From Nitrososphaerota archaeon (GTDB lineage: Archaea > Thermoproteota > Nitrososphaeria > Nitrososphaerales > UBA57), in the NCBI GenBank assembly GCA_013378385.1, contig JACAFS010000057.1:1-5623 (forward strand): a stretch of DNA of 5,623 nucleotides. Direction: 5' to 3'. A program made the position numbers and the translations under genes. Shown here piece by piece: positions 3,951 through 5,623 of the stretch (position 1 is the stretch's first letter; every line of letters begins with the position of its first letter). Under the pieces are notes generated by a model. The model made no database searches and was not told the DNA's origin. It saw only the letters and a list, made by a program, of their open reading frames with translations.

Positions 3951-5623
3951 ATGTCTAGTCAAGAACTTAAGAAATCTGTAGAAGAGAAGTATAATAAAAT
4001 TGGATTTGATAAATTAACAGATATTCAAAAGAATTCCTATTCTAAAATAGTAAAAGAAGAAAATGTTTTACTGATTGCTCCAACTGGTTCAGGAAAAACA
4101 GAAGCTGCAATAATACCTGTAATAATGGGAAGTATTAATCACAAGAAGAAGAACAAAATATCTGCAGTATATATTACGCCACTGAAAGCACTAAATAGAG
4201 ATATATTTAGACGAATTATAAAATATGCAGAAGATGAAGGATTAAGGGTAAGTATTAGACACGGGGACACTACAAGATCAGAAAAACAAAAGATAACTAA
4301 AGAACCTCCAGATGTATTGATAACCACACCAGAAACACTAGGTATAATGATTGGTAATAAATCTACAAGAGAGATACTGACAGATACAAAATATGTAATT
4401 ATTGATGAGTTTCATGAATTAATTGGTAATGAAAGAGGGACGCATTTGACATTATCCCTAGAAAGATTACAAGAATTAACACCTACTAAGATTGTAAGAA
4501 TTGGTTTATCAGCAACGTTAGGAAATGTGAACACGGGATTACAGCTACTATCTGGAGAAGCGTACAAGTCAACTGCAGTGCTAGATCATACAAAGAAAGA
4601 ATATGATATTGCAAGCAAATACATTAAAGGAGATTTATTTGAAGTAGCGCGTGTTATTCTGAAGAAATTACGAGAGACAGATAAAGCAACATTATTATTT
4701 ACTAACACGAGGGTTGAAGCTGAAGCCATAGGTTCAATTTTGAAAGCAAAGGAACCTGAATTCCCAATTGAAATTCATCATGGTTCATTATCAAGAGAAG
4801 CGAGAGAAGATGCGGAAACAAGATTGAGAAGTGGACAACCAATATTAGTGGTATGTACGTCATCTCTTGAACTAGGATTAGACATAGGCAGCATAGACAA
4901 TGTTATGCAATTTGGATCACCAAGACAAGCAATTAAACTAATACAGAGAATGGGAAGAAGTAAACATAGAACTGGTGAGACGTCAACCGGAATTATTCTC
5001 ACGAATCGTATTGATGACGAATTAGAATCATTAGCGCTGATTGACAGAGTTGAACAAAAGGATTTAGAAGAGATAAGCATTCATGAAAATTCACTAGATG
5101 TGTTATGTCATCAAATTACAGGCATGTTGATGGAAAATGGAAATATAGAGATAAATAAAGTAATTAAGATAACAAAAAGAGCGCATCCTTTTAGAAATAC
5201 AAGAAGAGAAGAAATAATCGAGACCATTAATTTGTTAAATAATCAAGGAATAGTCAGATTTGATGGTAAAACAATCAGAAGAGGCTATAAGATTTTTGAA
5301 TACTATTATCATAATTTGTCAACAATACCAGATTCAGTTCAATTTGAGGTAATAGATATTTCAAAGAAAAGAACCATAGGAAGATTAGATCAATTATTTG
5401 TAGGAGAATATGCTGAACCTGGTGAACCATTCATACTAAAGGGAAATTCTTGGAGAATAGTGTCGATTGATGATGATAAGATGGTAGTATATGTAGAACC
5501 CATGTTCTCAGAGGTATCAAGAGTACCTCATTGGATTGGAGAACTAATACCTGTAGAATATAAAACTGCACAGAGAGTTGGAATATTGAGAAGAGAAATT
5601 GGGAATAATAATGAGAATAGAAT
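3951..5623 (+). CDS. lhr: Lhr-type ATP-dependent DExH-box helicase (superfamily 2), 5' portion; continues beyond the window
   Basis: This gene is not in the supplied ORF track. My hand translation from ATG 3951 gives 557 codons with no stop to the window edge (last full codon ends at 5621). Motifs found:
- Q-like LTDIQ.
- Motif I APTGSGKT (4077-4100).
- Motif Ia TPLKALNRD.
- TTPE.
- Motif II DEFH (4404-4415).
- Motif III SAT.
- Lhr-typical HHGSLSREAREDAETRLRSGQPILVVCTSSLELGLDIGSIDNVMQFGSP.
- Motif VI QRMGRSKHR (4944-4970).
- SLDVLCHQITGM, which opens the Lhr-associated winged-helix/DEAD-assoc region. Confidence 0.93.
   Translation, partial: MSSQELKKSVEEKYNKIGFDKLTDIQKNSYSKIVKEENVLLIAPTGSGKTEAAIIPVIMGSINHKKKNKISAVYITPLKALNRDIFRRIIKYAEDEGLRVSIRHGDTTRSEKQKITKEPPDVLITTPETLGIMIGNKSTREILTDTKYVIIDEFHELIGNERGTHLTLSLERLQELTPTKIVRIGLSATLGNVNTGLQLLSGEAYKSTAVLDHTKKEYDIASKYIKGDLFEVARVILKKLRETDKATLLFTNTRVEAEAIGSILKAKEPEFPIEIHHGSLSREAREDAETRLRSGQPILVVCTSSLELGLDIGSIDNVMQFGSPRQAIKLIQRMGRSKHRTGETSTGIILTNRIDDELESLALIDRVEQKDLEEISIHENSLDVLCHQITGMLMENGNIEINKVIKITKRAHPFRNTRREEIIETINLLNNQGIVRFDGKTIRRGYKIFEYYYHNLSTIPDSVQFEVIDISKKRTIGRLDQLFVGEYAEPGEPFILKGNSWRIVSIDDDKMVVYVEPMFSEVSRVPHWIGELIPVEYKTAQRVGILRREIGNNNENR

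Noticed and set aside
4139-4327. Track ORF of 62 aa on the minus strand
   Set aside because: It is antisense to the helicase CDS in the region between motif I and the TTPE motif. The plus-strand frame carries clear helicase motifs, and this peptide is hydrophobic and low-complexity.
4778-5080. Track ORF of 100 aa on the minus strand
   Set aside because: It is antisense to the helicase RecA2 domain, covering HHGSLSRE through QRMGRSKHR on the plus strand. Its product is a Ser/Leu/Cys/Ile-rich string with no motif. It is a shadow ORF.
1-5623. Search for CRISPR repeats, long direct or inverted repeats, transposase/integrase genes, toxin-antitoxin pairs, or defence-system signatures
   Set aside because: I saw no repeated units longer than about 8 nt and no such gene families. 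All large ORFs are housekeeping-type (TCA-cycle enzyme, DNA helicase, flavin reductase, Rossmann-fold protein). I therefore do not claim a novel system in this window.

Overview
This is a visibly AT-rich, gene-dense window that reads like ordinary core chromosome. I see no rRNA, tRNA, CRISPR array, transposase, integrase or defence-type gene, and no evidence of a new multi-gene system. The gene mix, the AT-rich TATA-like boxes about 25-30 nt upstream of starts, and the weak or absent Shine-Dalgarno sites suggest a marine ammonia-oxidising thaumarchaeon (Nitrosopumilales-like). That taxonomic call is inference only.

There are five well-supported protein genes:
- (1) 101..616 (-): a TIGR00725/LOG-like Rossmann-fold protein.
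- (2) 597..1064 (-): a flavin reductase-like FMN-binding split-barrel protein, overlapping gene 1 in an apparent two-gene operon.
- (3) 1141..1380 (+): a small YggX / Fe(2+)-trafficking-like protein.
- (4) 1375..3636 (-): a mitochondrial-type aconitate hydratase.
- (5) 3951..>5623 (+): an Lhr-type DExH superfamily-2 helicase.

Gene 5 is missing from the supplied ORF track because it has no stop codon inside the window. I translated it by hand and it stays open for 557 codons to the window edge. The two minus-strand track ORFs inside it are antisense shadows.

The observations most worth a second look are modest:
- The YggX-like protein carries an extra CxxC...CxxC cysteine tetrad.
- Its stop codon overlaps tail-to-tail with that of aconitase, an Fe-S enzyme that YggX is known to protect.
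- The unusually long 311-bp intergenic gap holds an unannotated 39-48 codon ORF with one predicted membrane helix, followed by an oligo-T tract.
- Several small palindromes sit in promoter-proximal positions.
- Both genes of the TIGR00725/flavin-reductase pair start on GTG.
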